A stretch of DNA of 64,000 nucleotides, from assembly GCF_009914755.1 (NCBI RefSeq), contig NC_060933.1. One strand, given 5' to 3'. Under the pieces are notes generated by a model. It did no database searches. It saw only the letters and a program-made list of their open reading frames with translations, and had not been told where the DNA came from. Positions 15,974 to 30,742 of the stretch are shown here, one piece after another. Source of the stretch: the human T2T-CHM13v2.0 reference genome, Homo sapiens. Numbering within the stretch: position 1 is the first letter of the stretch; every line of letters begins with the position of its first letter. Position numbers and translations under genes: made by a program.

Positions 15974-16276
15974 GGCCGGGCGCAGTGGCTTACGCCCGTA
16001 ATCCCAGTACTTTGGGAGGCTGAAGTGGGCGGATCACGAGGTCAGGAGATTGAGACCATCCTGGCTAACATGGTGAAACCCCATCTCTACTAAAAGTACA
16101 AAAAATTAGCTGGTCGTGGTGGTGGGCGCCTGTAGTCCCAGCTATTCAGAAGGCTGAGGCAGGGGAGAATGGCATGAACCCTGGAGGCGGAGCTTGCAGT
16201 GAGCCGAGATAGGGCCACTGCACTCTAGCCTGGGTGACAGAGCAAAACTCTGCCTCAAAAAAAAAGAAAAAAAAAT
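15974..16276 (+). mobile_element. AluY SINE
   Basis: Full Alu; TSD agaaaaatctc(a/c)atttac. Confidence 0.95.
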
Positions 16277-16569
16277 TAGAAAAATCTCCATTTACAATAA
16301 AACTAAGAAAAAAATATTTTTAAACCACTAGTCCTGGCTCAGAGGTGATATAGAAAGACCTCTGTGGCATGCCTGTACTGTTCACCTGTACCTGTGGCGA
16401 GCAGGAGAAAGAAAGCCCGGATAGGAAACCTGGATGTCCACTCCTCATAAATAAGAAATGGTTCAACTCTACACAGCGGACTTTTGAAGACTTTCTAGAT
16501 AGAAGGTCCTTAATTCTCGCAACTGTAAAAGCTTCTGGATTTCTTCAAACTTCTTTTACGTTCAAATTA

Positions 16570-17358
16570 AAATTACACTGAGATACGATTACCTGTACTG
16601 GTAGAAATGCAGAATGACACAACTCCATTGGTGAACTATTAGAAATGTCCAGCAGGATTTGATACATATTTACCCTTTAACCAAGCAAACCTACTTCTAG
16701 AAATACATCCAAACGATACACTAGCTTCATTATTGTTAATCAGAAAATATTAAAGATCATATTTATATAGCTATTGCAATACAATCAGTAATAGCAAAAA
16801 AAGAAAACAACCCAAATATTCATAAATAGGAAACTAGCTAAATAAATATAAGTACATTCATACAATGTAGTATCATGTAATACTGTGCAGCTGTAAAAAT
16901 GAATAAAGAATATCTTTCTATATCACTATGAAGATGTCTCCAAAAACACTATTAAATGAGAAAAGCAAAATGGAGAAAAGTATGCATGCAATGATGTCAT
17001 TTATCCAAGGAAGACAGAGAATATAAATACACACACACGTGTGCACACACACCTTTAAAAACAAAGCAATGTGGAGAGGTAGGGTACAGACAGGGTAAAA
17101 GGGATGAGGTAGATGCTGGACTTATTTGATTTTGGAATGCTGTATGTGTTTTATAAGATTACAAAATAAATTTTAAGCAAAAAATTTCTAAAAACTTAAA
17201 GCAAGATAAAATAAATTAACCTAGATTTTGTACTAAAGTGGTAACATTAACATAGAAAAATTATTTCAAGTGATTTTAAAGCATAAAAATCAGACTGCAC
17301 GTTCTTAGACGAGTATACCTGAAGGACAAAAAGAACTTCTTGGAAACTGTTTTCAGTA
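16570..17358 (+). mobile_element. Old L1M 3' fragment
   Basis: ccctttaaccaagcaaacctacttctagaaat; caacccaaatattcataaatagga; tacattcatacaatg. Confidence 0.7.
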
Positions 17359-17360
17359 AT

Positions 17361-17706
17361 TCTAGAGTCTGAATGTTTGCGTCTCCCAAAACTAATGTGT
17401 TGAAATCTAAACCTCAATGTGATGGTATTAAAAGGTGGGACCTTAGGAAACGATCAGGGCTCCACCCTAGTGAATGGGATTAGTGTCCTTACAAAAGAGG
17501 CCTAAGGGAGTTTCTTTCCCCCTTCCACCATATAAGGACACAATGAGAAGCACAGTCTATGAAGCAGGAAGTGGGCCCTCACCAGACATCAAGTCTGACA
17601 GTGCCTTGACTTCCCAGCTTCCAAAACTGTGATAGATAAATTTCTGTTGCTTATAAGCTACCCAGTTTATGGTATTTTAGTATAACAGCCCAAATGAACT
17701 AACACA
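17361..17706 (+). mobile_element. MLT1A-type MaLR LTR
   Basis: gtctgaatgtttgcgtctcccaaaa...tgttgaaatctaaacc...ataaatttctgttg...gcccaaatgaactaacaca. Confidence 0.85.
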
Positions 17707-17796
17707 AGTCATTACGTTGTTTGTAATCATATTAAATTTAATATTCTGAAAATATTATTTATAAGATAAAACTAAGAAATATTCATGTTAACATCA

Positions 17797-18230
17797 TTAG
17801 GGGATAAATGCTTGAGGGGATGGATACCCATTCTCCATGATGTGCATATTCCACATTGCATGCCTGCATCAAAACATCTCATATATCCCATAAATATATA
17901 CACTTACAGCTAGGCACAGTGGCTCAGGCCTATAATCCCAGCACTTTGGGAGTCCAAGGCGGGTGGATCACTTGAGGCCAGGAGTTCAAGACCAGCCTGG
18001 CCAGCATGGTGAAACCCTGTCTCTACAAAACTTGGCCAGGCGTGGTGGCGTGCACCTGTAGTCCCAGCTACTCGGGAGGCTGAGGAAGAAGAATCACTTG
18101 AACCCAAAAGATGGAGGTTGTAGTGAGTCGAGACTGCACCACTGTACTCCAGCTTGGATGACACAGAAAGCTCTGTCTCAAAAAACTGTATATATATATA
18201 CCTACTATGTACTCATAAAAATTTAAATAT
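17797..18230 (+). mobile_element. L1PB/L1MA extreme 3' end, interrupted by an Alu
   Basis: ggataaatgcttgaggggatggataccc...cccataaatatatacac [Alu] tatacctactatgtactcataaaaattta. Confidence 0.75.
17908..18185 (+). mobile_element. AluS/J SINE with shortened middle linker
   Basis: Both arms present; linker reduced to ctacaaaacttggcc. Confidence 0.92.
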
Positions 18231-18289
18231 ATAGGCTAAAAATTTTAAATATATATATCCCAATGATACATACATCATTAGGATACAAG

Positions 18290-19945
<1,656 letters not shown>

Positions 19946-20398
19946 ATTCCAGAACAATCACAAATATCCAAATTATCCATCTTCGATTTAAAGGTATCTT
20001 ATTTCTCTGAATGAATATTAAGGCTTGGAAGAAAACACCTATTTTATAGCTAAATCAAGAAAGACCTCATGTATTAATAGTTCCATGACCAACCATTAGA
20101 AAGAAGGGACAATATTATTTTAAAGGATCTTGGCAGAATTTCTTATAAGAACAGAACTGTCTTTTGTTAAGCAAAAAATGAGCCATTTAGGTAGAACAAT
20201 GGTGGTAGTCTAGAAGAAAATAGTAGAAGAATGAGAAGAATAAATGCCTTCTTATGACTTTAAAAAATGAGAATTGGGACATGCACAGGAAGCTGAGAAG
20301 TGAATGGCCTCAGAAGGAAGGAGAAAAGATCTAAGGAAATACAGACAGCAAGGGAACCTAGCACCCTGGAAGGAAGTCTTTTCCATAAAGAAATTTTC

Positions 20399-21186
20399 CC
20401 CTTGGCAGGTAACCAACAGCAACCCAGGTGGAGGGGGCAGAGAAGGAGCCAGTGATGCTGCCCAAACCTGGGACTTATTCCCTCCACTGGGAGGTCAGTA
20501 CAAGCCAAGTTCCTGGTGGGGTCACACTGAGAACATTTGGCAGGTTGTGCCTCTATGACGTGACGTGATCAGTCCGGAGTGACGCTGATGGCTCATCATG
20601 GATCTGATCGGCACCAGGTTCTTGTCTGTACCAAGTTGGTGAAGCCCTTCCAAGCCCAGGTGGGCTCCCTGTACATTGTCCTCGGGGGGCTCCAGGACCA
20701 GCAGCACGGAGGCTCCATGATAAAGGCATTGGTGCTGAACTGTGTGGAAGGGATGGATCTGCCCTTGTGAGAACAAGCCAAGCGGGAGCAGAGGCAGTAC
20801 CAGCGTGTGAGGGACGGCGGCCAGTACGACGTGCAGCCCAGTAACACCCCCTACCTGCTTCTGAGGCCAAAGCCTCCCAAGCTACGGGAGCGCCCCAGAG
20901 CATAAGCGCTTCCCCAGCGACTGCCTTGTCTGGACCCTGAAAGCAGAGGGGCAGGCGGTTAATCCAGCCCCTTCCCCTAATTTGGGATTGACTCAGAAAT
21001 GAAAACTCAGAAAACAGGCCCCAAATCCAACACTCCATACCCCCACCCCACCCCCACCCCCTACCACACCAGGGGCTGCAAGTGGCCGAGCTCCAGGCTG
21101 CTGAGGCTGTGCCTTGTGTGGGGTCATGGAGGGTTTCAGAAGGCCCTGGTGAATAAAGCCCCAGAGGGCATGACCTTGAAAAAAAG
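20399..21186 (+). pseudogene. TEN1: Processed pseudogene (retrocopy) of TEN1, CST complex subunit
   Basis: 20452-20827 translates, across a frameshift at ~20560-20569 and a TGA at 20768-20770, as (V)MLPKPGTYSLHWEVSTSQVPGGVTLRTFGRLCLYD/QSGVTLMAHHGSDRHQVLVCTKLVKPFQAQVGSLYIVLGGLQDQQHGGSMIKALVLNCVEGMDLPL*EQAKREQRQYQRVRDGGQ. This is colinear with human TEN1 as recalled (MMLPKPGTYYLPWEV...EQRLYKQERGGSQ). No introns; AATAAA 21152-21157; A-tail 21179-21186; TSD AAAGAAATTTTC at 20387-20398 and 21187-21198. The symbol refers to the parent gene. Confidence 0.93.
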
Positions 21187-21815
21187 AAAGAAATTTTCAG
21201 TGCTAGCTATGGCTATGAGACTGTAAAACAGGGATGGCTAAAATTCAATTTTGAATTATCTGCTGTGCTATAAGGTGCCGTGACCCCCCAACCCTCCACT
21301 ATTGCCAACCTTCAGTAAAAGCAAGGCTCATGCAGCCATATGTGAGTGGTTCTTGGAAAAGAACCAAAGACAGCTGCTGTTTATGTTGAGCTGATATAGG
21401 CAGAAGAAAGAGACAACTGCAAAAGAGGAAATGTGTGGTTAGCAGAAGCAGAAAACTGGAGCAACATATGACTGAGAGATATGGACACTCCTCAAGAATC
21501 CTCAGATATGGATGGAAAGGGTGGTGAGAAGCTTATAGGTAGAAGCTCAAGCCAGTTCATTTGACAATTAAAAGAAAATGTAAATACATAATGAAGGATG
21601 CCTCCCCAAGGCTGGAAGTTGGAAATAACCAAGAAATGAACACCTGGAGGGCAGTTAGAGGGTGACGTAGACCACCATGTTCTGTAATCCCATGCTGTTA
21701 ATTTTGAAAAAGACCCAAGAGATCATCCAGAATGGCAGTTTTAAATCTCGTCCACAAAGCTCTGGGTTTCTCATACGTGACTCAAGGGCTTCCAGACAGC
21801 CCCTCGGTTTGGGTC

Positions 21816-22166
21816 TGTCTTATTCCCTTCACACTGTCATAACAAAACACCATAGATTGGGTGGCTTATAAACAACAGACACTTATTTCTCATAGTTCTG
21901 GAGGTTGGGAAGTCAAAGATCAAGGCACCAATAGATTTGCTGTTGGGTGAGGGCCCACTTTCTGGTTCATAGATGGCACCTTCTTGCTGTGTCTTGACAT
22001 GATAGCAAGGGATCTCTCTGAGCCCTCTTTTATAAGGCAACAATCCCATGCATGACATGCTCTCATGACCTAATCACCTCCCAAAGGCCCCACCTCCTAC
22101 TACCACATTGGTAATTAGGTTTTAACACAGGAATTTTGGGTAAACACAAACATTCAGACCATATCG
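21816..22166 (-). mobile_element. MLT1A/MLT1A0 MaLR LTR
   Basis: tgtctta...ataacaaaacaccatagattgggtggcttataaacaacag...ggccccacctcc...cacaaacattcagaccata. Confidence 0.88.
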
Positions 22167-22854
22167 GGCACCTAATCCAATCCTCGCTTCATCCAGAAGA
22201 GTTGAATCTATATTACATCTTAAGATTCCACATCAGATGTTATTTTTAAAAAATATTTTTGCTGCTACAAAGAAGAAAGAAGCAATGATATCATCTAATC
22301 TCCTCACAATACAGAAAGGCAAAGTTGAAGAATGCTAAGTAAGTTGCAACAATCACACAGCAGAGTTGATAATAAAAGCCCGTTCTGATTTTCACTCTGC
22401 TCATTCCTCCTTCTCAGCTTCGAGACTGACAAAGGTACCAACAGAAAACAGATGTACACTCACAGTTAGATTGGCTCCTGCAGTATTACGGGTTCTCATC
22501 AAACAGAAGTCACCATTGTCCAGATATCAGGAGTCTTCTCACTGCCATAACCAGGTAGTAGAAAAAGGCTTATAGGCCAGAGGAAACTCCTGCCCTCTTT
22601 CTGCCTGCTGCAAATATCTATTCTAATACAGGTTCAAGGCTCTGAAGAAAGCTTGAGGCTGACAGAAAAGTCCCCAACATTTTCTTAATCTATCCTCCTG
22701 ACAAGGGCTCCAAGGATGTCTTGTTTCCGCTGCAGGAGACGGTCTGAACTGCCTTCCCTTACATTCCCGCAATTTGTATCTAACAGAGTCAACCACCATC
22801 TCTCTACCAAATTTGTACCTCCTAAGCCAAAAATTAAATTTTAGGAAAGTTCCA

Positions 22855-23095
22855 GGCATAATGGAAAGAAGACTGGATTGAGAACCAAAAGACCTGGGTC
22901 AACAGGACAGTTCTGCCAATTCGCTGTGTGACCGGAAGTTAAGTTGATTAACTGTGGGTTTCAGTTTCTTCATCTGTAAAATGGTTACAATAATACTTAC
23001 CTCACAGTGTTATTGTATGAGGAGCAAATGAAGTAAGCCACTTAAAACAACTAACCCAGGACATGTGAGTCATTCCATAAACATTGGTTGATTTT
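22855..23095 (+). mobile_element. MIR
   Basis: gacctgggtc...ctgtgtgacc...tcagtttcttcatctgtaaaatgg...taatacttacctcacag. Confidence 0.85.
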
Positions 23096-24059
23096 TTTTT
23101 TTTCACATTTTAGTTCAACCTCACAAAGAAGTACTACAGTACTTGCTTGGCAGTCTATCATTGGTACTCAGCTAAAGCGAGGAGACTGGCAGCAGCCAAA
23201 AGGGCTGTGAAGAGGGATTTCTTGTCTGTGACTGAATTCTGGATGTGTTTCCTAAGATGCTGATGTGTCCACACTAAAAGGCAAAGATGTTTGCCAGTGT
23301 CCCTCCAGAATATACAATCTGAAGAAAAAAGGCAGAGTTGTTATGTGGTCAGAGTTGACTGTCCGCCCAGACCACTCTTCCTCTGCTGGTCTCTTGTGGT
23401 CCAGGGAAAATGTTGGCATCACAGAAAATATGTCATTCTGTTGGTTAAAGCTTGGAGAGTGAGTCAGCCATATAGTGCCTCATGAAGCAGGTGAATCCAA
23501 CCACCTCTAAAGGAAATTAAGCTCTCTTCCTTCCCACAAGATATTTTAGAACAGTAGACCATCAATTTCACATGGCAGCAGCAAATCCATACTCTCACCT
23601 TCCCCTTTTGCCAGGAACCATTATAGGGCTCTTCCTCAACTGCATATGCCCAATCAGGCCACTTACCTAATTCACATAACTGATGCAATCCCTAGCAATG
23701 AAAAAACTGCCCCATCTCCCTTGTGATGCATGCCCAGTTGTCCAGTTGTCTAGTTTATAGCTATTCTATAACCTTACACACAGTCCTCTATCCTGTCCTC
23801 AGCTGACAGCCATCCTTTCTCATCACAAACTCTACTCTGAATAAACCAAAGGTTTGATTTTCATATTTTGGGTTTTTTTTTTATTACTGTTTCATCCAAC
23901 TTGAAACCATAAAAGCAAACTTAATGTATAAGAACAAGCTCAGGGAAAAAGAAATTTGCACATAAGTTGAAACACACTTATTATATCAATCAGCAACTGT
24001 CACAATAATGCTGAGTAACTAGCCAACCTAGAACTCAGTGACTACACCATAAGGCTCTG

Positions 24060-24750
<691 letters not shown>

Positions 24751-26069
24751 CTCTTCCTTAGGCTGCAAGTCAGCTGAAATAACTCTATTCCACAGTGGTC
24801 ATTCTGGGCCCTTTGCTAGAGAGACAGCTGCTGGTATCAAGAGAAGAAGTTGAAGGCTTCCAGAAGTTCATGTGGACACATGCAAAGCATCTTAAGGCCT
24901 GGAATCAGAACTCACACACTGTCACTTCCTATGTATTCCATTAACCAAAGCAAATCACAATGCCAAGTCCACATTAGTAGAGTGGGGAAATATACTCCTC
25001 TCATGGAGGTAGTGGGGATAAAGAAAGTAAATATTTGCCAAACAATGATCTAATCTACAACACCTATGTACACATCAGCTAGTTACTCCTTACACACTAA
25101 ACATTTCCCTGCAACTCAATATTTATGTCTTTCTTGCCAGATATTGCCAGAGTTAGAAGTTAGATAATACAATACCTCTATGGATAGGGAAGTTGTCTCT
25201 ATAACAAAACTTTCATGAGGTCTACCCATCATTGCCTACTCAGCATTAGGTAAGAGAAATGAGATAATAAACAGATATTAGAGCATTAGGTAAGAGATAA
25301 GCCTTTCTTCTGGTTGTATGCAGCAGTTACTAGAAATAGATGCATGTATAATGGATGTGTAATTCAAACATACACACATACACAAACCACAGACATTTTT
25401 GCAAATTTGGCAGTGCCATGGGGAACCTCCAGCTTGTGGTTTGGCCTTTCATGTGGAGTTTCACTTGAGTATTTGCTTTGGAATTTGATAAACACAGCTA
25501 TTCACAGGGCTATCATCACATGGTATATTTGCTACCACAGAAACACAGAACGTCTTCTAAAGGAACAGCCCCTATTTATCCTGTAAGCTGAATTCCTGCC
25601 ATTTCCCAAAGATCCCACAAAATGACTCCACGTGTTCCTACTTCATGGTAATTTGGAATAGGGGGTAATGCATTTGTTTTCCACAAATCCTCTTTTGCCT
25701 CCTTCCTCTGGCAGAATTACCTTCATCATGCTTTATTTTAAAACATAAAAAAAAAATCAAGAAGTAGGGAAAATAGTCTCATTTTAACAATTGAAAAGTA
25801 GGAGTAGGCAGGGATGAAGTTCTGGCTAGCATGGTCTTCTGGACCCTCCTATTTTCCTAACAAGATCTAGGAAAAAGAATTAAAAATAGGCTGTCACAAC
25901 ATTATCTTCAGAACTTCTTCACCTATAATTTAACTTTTTATTGTTATGATGAAGGACAACAAATCTTTTTATCCCTTCTATTTGTCCAGGATTTAAGCTA
26001 AGGGAAATTTAGTGGGAGACCTAGTAGAAAATGAAACACCAATCTAAAAGTTCCAGAAGAAGGGACCAC

Positions 26070-26945
26070 ACAAAGTAGCAGAGAGTGGCCAGCTCTGTAA
26101 TCAGGCAAATGTGGGTTTGAATCCAGACTCCGCTCCTTCCTCTGTCATCAGGCAAAATTGCTTAATGAAATACTGTTTAAGTTACTTATTGCTGCATAAC
26201 AAACCACCTCAAAACTCAGTAATTTAAAACAACCATCTTACCATAGTCATGGTTTTGCAGAGTCTAGAATTAGGGCAGTGCACAGCAGGGAAAGATTATC
26301 TCTGCTCTACAATGTCTGTGGCCTCAAACAGAGTAGTACAGAGAACTGAAAATGACTGGGATGGCCCAACTCTGTTCATACATTTGGGGCCCACATTTTA
26401 ACTGACAGTCACGGTTTCCTGAGGGGATAGGGGGCAGGTCTTTTCCCCAGTTTCTAATGAAGCTAGAATATGTCCAAGATGACTTCTAGGCTAAGATGGC
26501 TGATGAGCTAGTGCTGGCTGGGTATAGATCTCTGTCTGTCTCTCTGTCCTCCTCTGCCCCCTCCCCGGGTAGCCTCTCCACATGGCTAGCCTGGGCTTCC
26601 TCAAAGCATAACAGTCTCAGGGTACTTGAAATCCTCACATGGCAGCTAGAACTAAAGCAAAAGCTTCCAGGCCTCTTAAAAACTAGATCTAGAACATGCA
26701 GTGTCCCTTCCGCCAAATGCTGTTGGTCAAGTCAGCCACAAGGGCCAACTCAGAGTCAAAGGAGGGGAGAAAGCACCCACTTCTTGATGGAAAGGTGGCA
26801 AAGAATTTGCAGCCATTTTTAATCCGCCCCAGACTCAGTTTCCTCATTTGTGAAATAAAGACCACAAAAAAACTATTTTATATGACTGTTTTGAGGATCA
26901 GATAAAATGTACGTAATATATCTGACATTTAGTTAGCATTGTAAG
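26070..26945 (+). mobile_element. MIR split by an MLT1 insertion
   Basis: 5' part tgggtttgaatccagactcc...ggcaaaattgcttaa (26070-26167); resumes ctcagtttcctcatttgtgaaat at ~26833. Confidence 0.65.
26173..26830 (-). mobile_element. MLT1G/H-type MaLR LTR
   Basis: ttattgctgcataacaaaccacctcaaaactcagt...tccacatggctagcctgggcttcctc...cagccatttttaatccgcc. Confidence 0.8.
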
Positions 26946-28568
26946 CAGTAGCCTTTATTAATGAGTTTGTTTCAACATGAGAACATCTACAACTCCAAGA
27001 TCAGACCTTCACCTTACCAAAATGAAAGGAATGAGAGAAAATTTCCAAGGATGTCAAGATATATCTAAGATAAAATATAATGTATAATAAAGTCCGTATT
27101 CTATTATTTCCTATTGATTTGCTCCCAGTGTTATTAGCCTTATATTGTTTTCATGGCTCAGGTGAATCTAATATCCATTCCTAAAGGTGGAACAGGCCAC
27201 CATTATGGTGAAGTGTTCAGTAACACGAGGGTAGATGAGGAATGTCCTGGTGGTGAGAGCAGATGCATAGAAAGAAGTTCTATTGTCGAAAATGGCCCAC
27301 GTATGTCAAGCCCTCTACAACAGGCAATCAAAGCAACCTTCTGCACAGCCACACCCTTACCCTGATAGGTTCTTACCCTTCTGGTGCCTCTAGACTTTTG
27401 ACCAGCAACCAAAAGTCTTAGAGAATAGGACTTGAGGTGGAATCCCAGCTCTGGCCCTTGCCACATGAGCCAAGTTCCTTACCTCTCTGCATGTCTATTT
27501 CTTACTTACAGGAGTGTACAGTGTATGGTAATGCACATGGGAGATGCCCAAAGGCCCTTCTGTCAGGAGCTAGCACTGTCAGTGGATGTAATACTCAGTG
27601 TCCCTGATTTTTGCATCCATTACTTTAAACTTCCCACCTGCACAAGTGCACTCATATCGATAGCCCATGTGACTTATGCTTGGGTTGGAGAATTAACTTA
27701 GTTGGTGGTGACCAAAGAAACTGAGAATCTACAGGGAAGGGGGCAGCCCAGAGCCAGCCCCAGGACCTGTTCAGAAAGCTGGGAGCTCTTCTGTTGCTAC
27801 AAAAGCCTTTTCTGAACAGTACATTTGGTTTCTGGCCTCTCACCAAGGTGGCAGGATGCCTTCTCAGGGAGTTATGTCTATCACTCCCTTTCTAGGGCCT
27901 CAAAGTACTGCAGTCTGGCTTCTACCCCCATGAATCCATCAGAACAGCTCTATGGAGGGCCACCACTGACATTCATATCCACAGAGACAGCAGACTCTTT
28001 ATTCTCCCGCTTGACCCTGTGTGGCAGCATTTGGCACTGTTGACTTCTTTTTTTAAGCACTCTCTTCTCAGCTTCAAGTCATCTGTTTTTTCCTACCAGC
28101 CCATTCTTCTCATCCTCTTCACAGGTTCATCCTCCTGTACCTGCGAGTTAAATTTTGGAGTTTCTCAAACTTTGGTGCTGGGTCTTCTCTTCTCTTCTCA
28201 TACTCCTTGTCTCCTGACAGCCTCACTTAGGACTGTCCCTCAATCGCCTGATGAAAACACAAAAACGTACATCTTCAGTCCAGACCTCTCCCACAGACAA
28301 CTCCTGAGAGGTATCTCCATGGTACCGTAAACCCAAAATGTCCAAAGCTGAACCCATAATTTATCCCCACCAAGGATGGTCGTCCTCTAAGGTATCGTTT
28401 CTCCATTTATGAAACCACCATCTATAGTTTCTCAAGCCAGAAAACTAAGTCATCCTTCATAGATTTCCTTATCTCTTCCCTATCCTGTTATCTCTCAGTT
28501 CATCTCACTCTCTATTATCCTCTCATTGAGACCACTGTAATAGACTAGTAGCTATTATAGCTCACGAA

Positions 28569-29174
<606 letters not shown>

Positions 29175-29178
29175 TCAA

Positions 29179-29432
29179 TCACTATTCTTACAAACTGCAC
29201 ACCATTTGTAGACTGTGAAATAAATAAAGTGGATAGCAACCAGCCCTTTTTTAAAAAACTAAAATAGACTAGATAAAACATAAAAGAAATATTCATTCAT
29301 AAAAAGGCTTAGGTCTTGACACTAACTTCTGGTGTGTGTCTGCATGTGTGTCTGTATGTGAGCATACCGAGTCACCATACAAAATGTATTTCTTATAAGG
29401 AATCACCTACAAAAAATGTTTGACAGCCACTG
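29179..29432. mobile_element. hAT-Charlie-like non-autonomous DNA transposon
   Basis: TIR-like ends ca(g/c)tattcttacaaact ... tgtttgacagccactg; subfamily uncertain. Confidence 0.5.
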
Positions 29433-30556
29433 ACATAATCCAGTCTGGCCTCCTGCAAAACGTTCTCTATAAGACAACCAGAGTGATTCTTTCAGTACAT
29501 GAATCTGATGTCACTTCCCACAGCTTCTCCCACCATCCACAGCTAACACTGGCCATCTCTCCAGCTCCAACCTTATCTTGATTTACCCTCTTTTCCAGTG
29601 CTCCCCCTTCATGAGGCTTCTTTCATCTCCTTCTGATTTCCATGTTTCCTTTTAACATAGAAAAATGTCATGAGCTGTTCCCTTAGTCTGTTTCCTTCCC
29701 TTTAATTGCCTAATTAACACCTACTATGCTTCTTGCCTTATATACTAGAACACATTTACATTTTTATGTGTTTTGTATGAAAGTTTGGTTCATGTCTGTT
29801 TTACTCACTAGACTTGAAGGTCAATAAGACCACGGACTATGCTTTTATATGCCCTTATATCCCCAGCATCTATCTCACTCCTTGGCACACAGTAGGGCCT
29901 TTATCAATATTAGTTAAATAAATCTGAATGTGAATTCCAAGTCTGAAACTTCTAAGTTATGTGAGTTCCAGTTTTATCTACACTGAGTTTCAGTTTTTCT
30001 ATCTGTAAAATAGGGATAATCATACCACTCTGGGTTACTGTGGCATTAAATACGTCTAAAGCACCCTGCCTCTAATAATGAGTAAATTATTTGATAAGTG
30101 AATGTATGATATAATTTCCCAAAGAATCCATTTCCCTAGTGCTAACATCATTGCTGTCAGTGTTCTTCAATCTCTACCTCTGATTTTAACAGATCTCAAC
30201 TTTTGTTAGAGTGGCTTTTTTTCAGTGTTTCTTTTACATAAGGCACCAAATCCAAGCCATCCCATGTCCTTGGCTAGTTGAGTAGCTCTCAAATTTTCCT
30301 GAGTTCATAACCAGTGCTACGTCGCTTAATGCTGATTTGGTCTTTACTTACATCATTTTTTTCCTCAGACCATAAATTCCTTGAGAGTAGGGTCCATAGA
30401 CTACATTATTGTATAAATTTTATAATTTTTTCTGCAGGAGTATGAAAGGCATCCTGGTATATTAGTAAAAGTACAAGGTTTAGACTCAAATGGTCTCTTC
30501 GTTTTACTGTTTGGTAGCAGGGTAATTCTCAGCTAATCTCTCAAATCTGTTTAAGC

Positions 30557-30742
30557 CAGTGGTTTCCAAACATGAAACTACTGTACATTAAAATCATCTT
30601 TTTCATTAGTATTTTTTAAAAATACTAATGCCTGGTTTCCACCCCTAGTCATTCTGATGCAATGGGCACAGGTTGCTGCCGAGGCATTGAGATTTTTGAA
30701 AACCCCCCAGGAAATTCTACAACCCTGTTTGGAAATCGTTGC
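30557..30742. mobile_element. MER5A-type DNA transposon inserted in a MIR (30450-30880)
   Basis: TIRs cagtggtttccaaac ... gtttggaaatcgttg; internal aatgcctgg..ccacccc..ttctgat. Confidence 0.75.

Noticed and set aside
20579-20770. 63-aa ORF as a functional TEN1 CDS
   Set aside because: Internal fragment between a frameshift and a nonsense codon; it lacks the N-terminal third and the C-terminal residues, so it is treated as a pseudogene.
20553-21038. 161-aa minus-strand ORF (and other overlapping ORFs at 20260-21226)
   Set aside because: Antisense or alternative-frame shadows of the GC-rich TEN1 retrocopy, with no recognisable protein.
27840-27856. CTCF-like caccaaggtggcag
   Set aside because: Spacing deviates from the core consensus; a single weak motif without other support.
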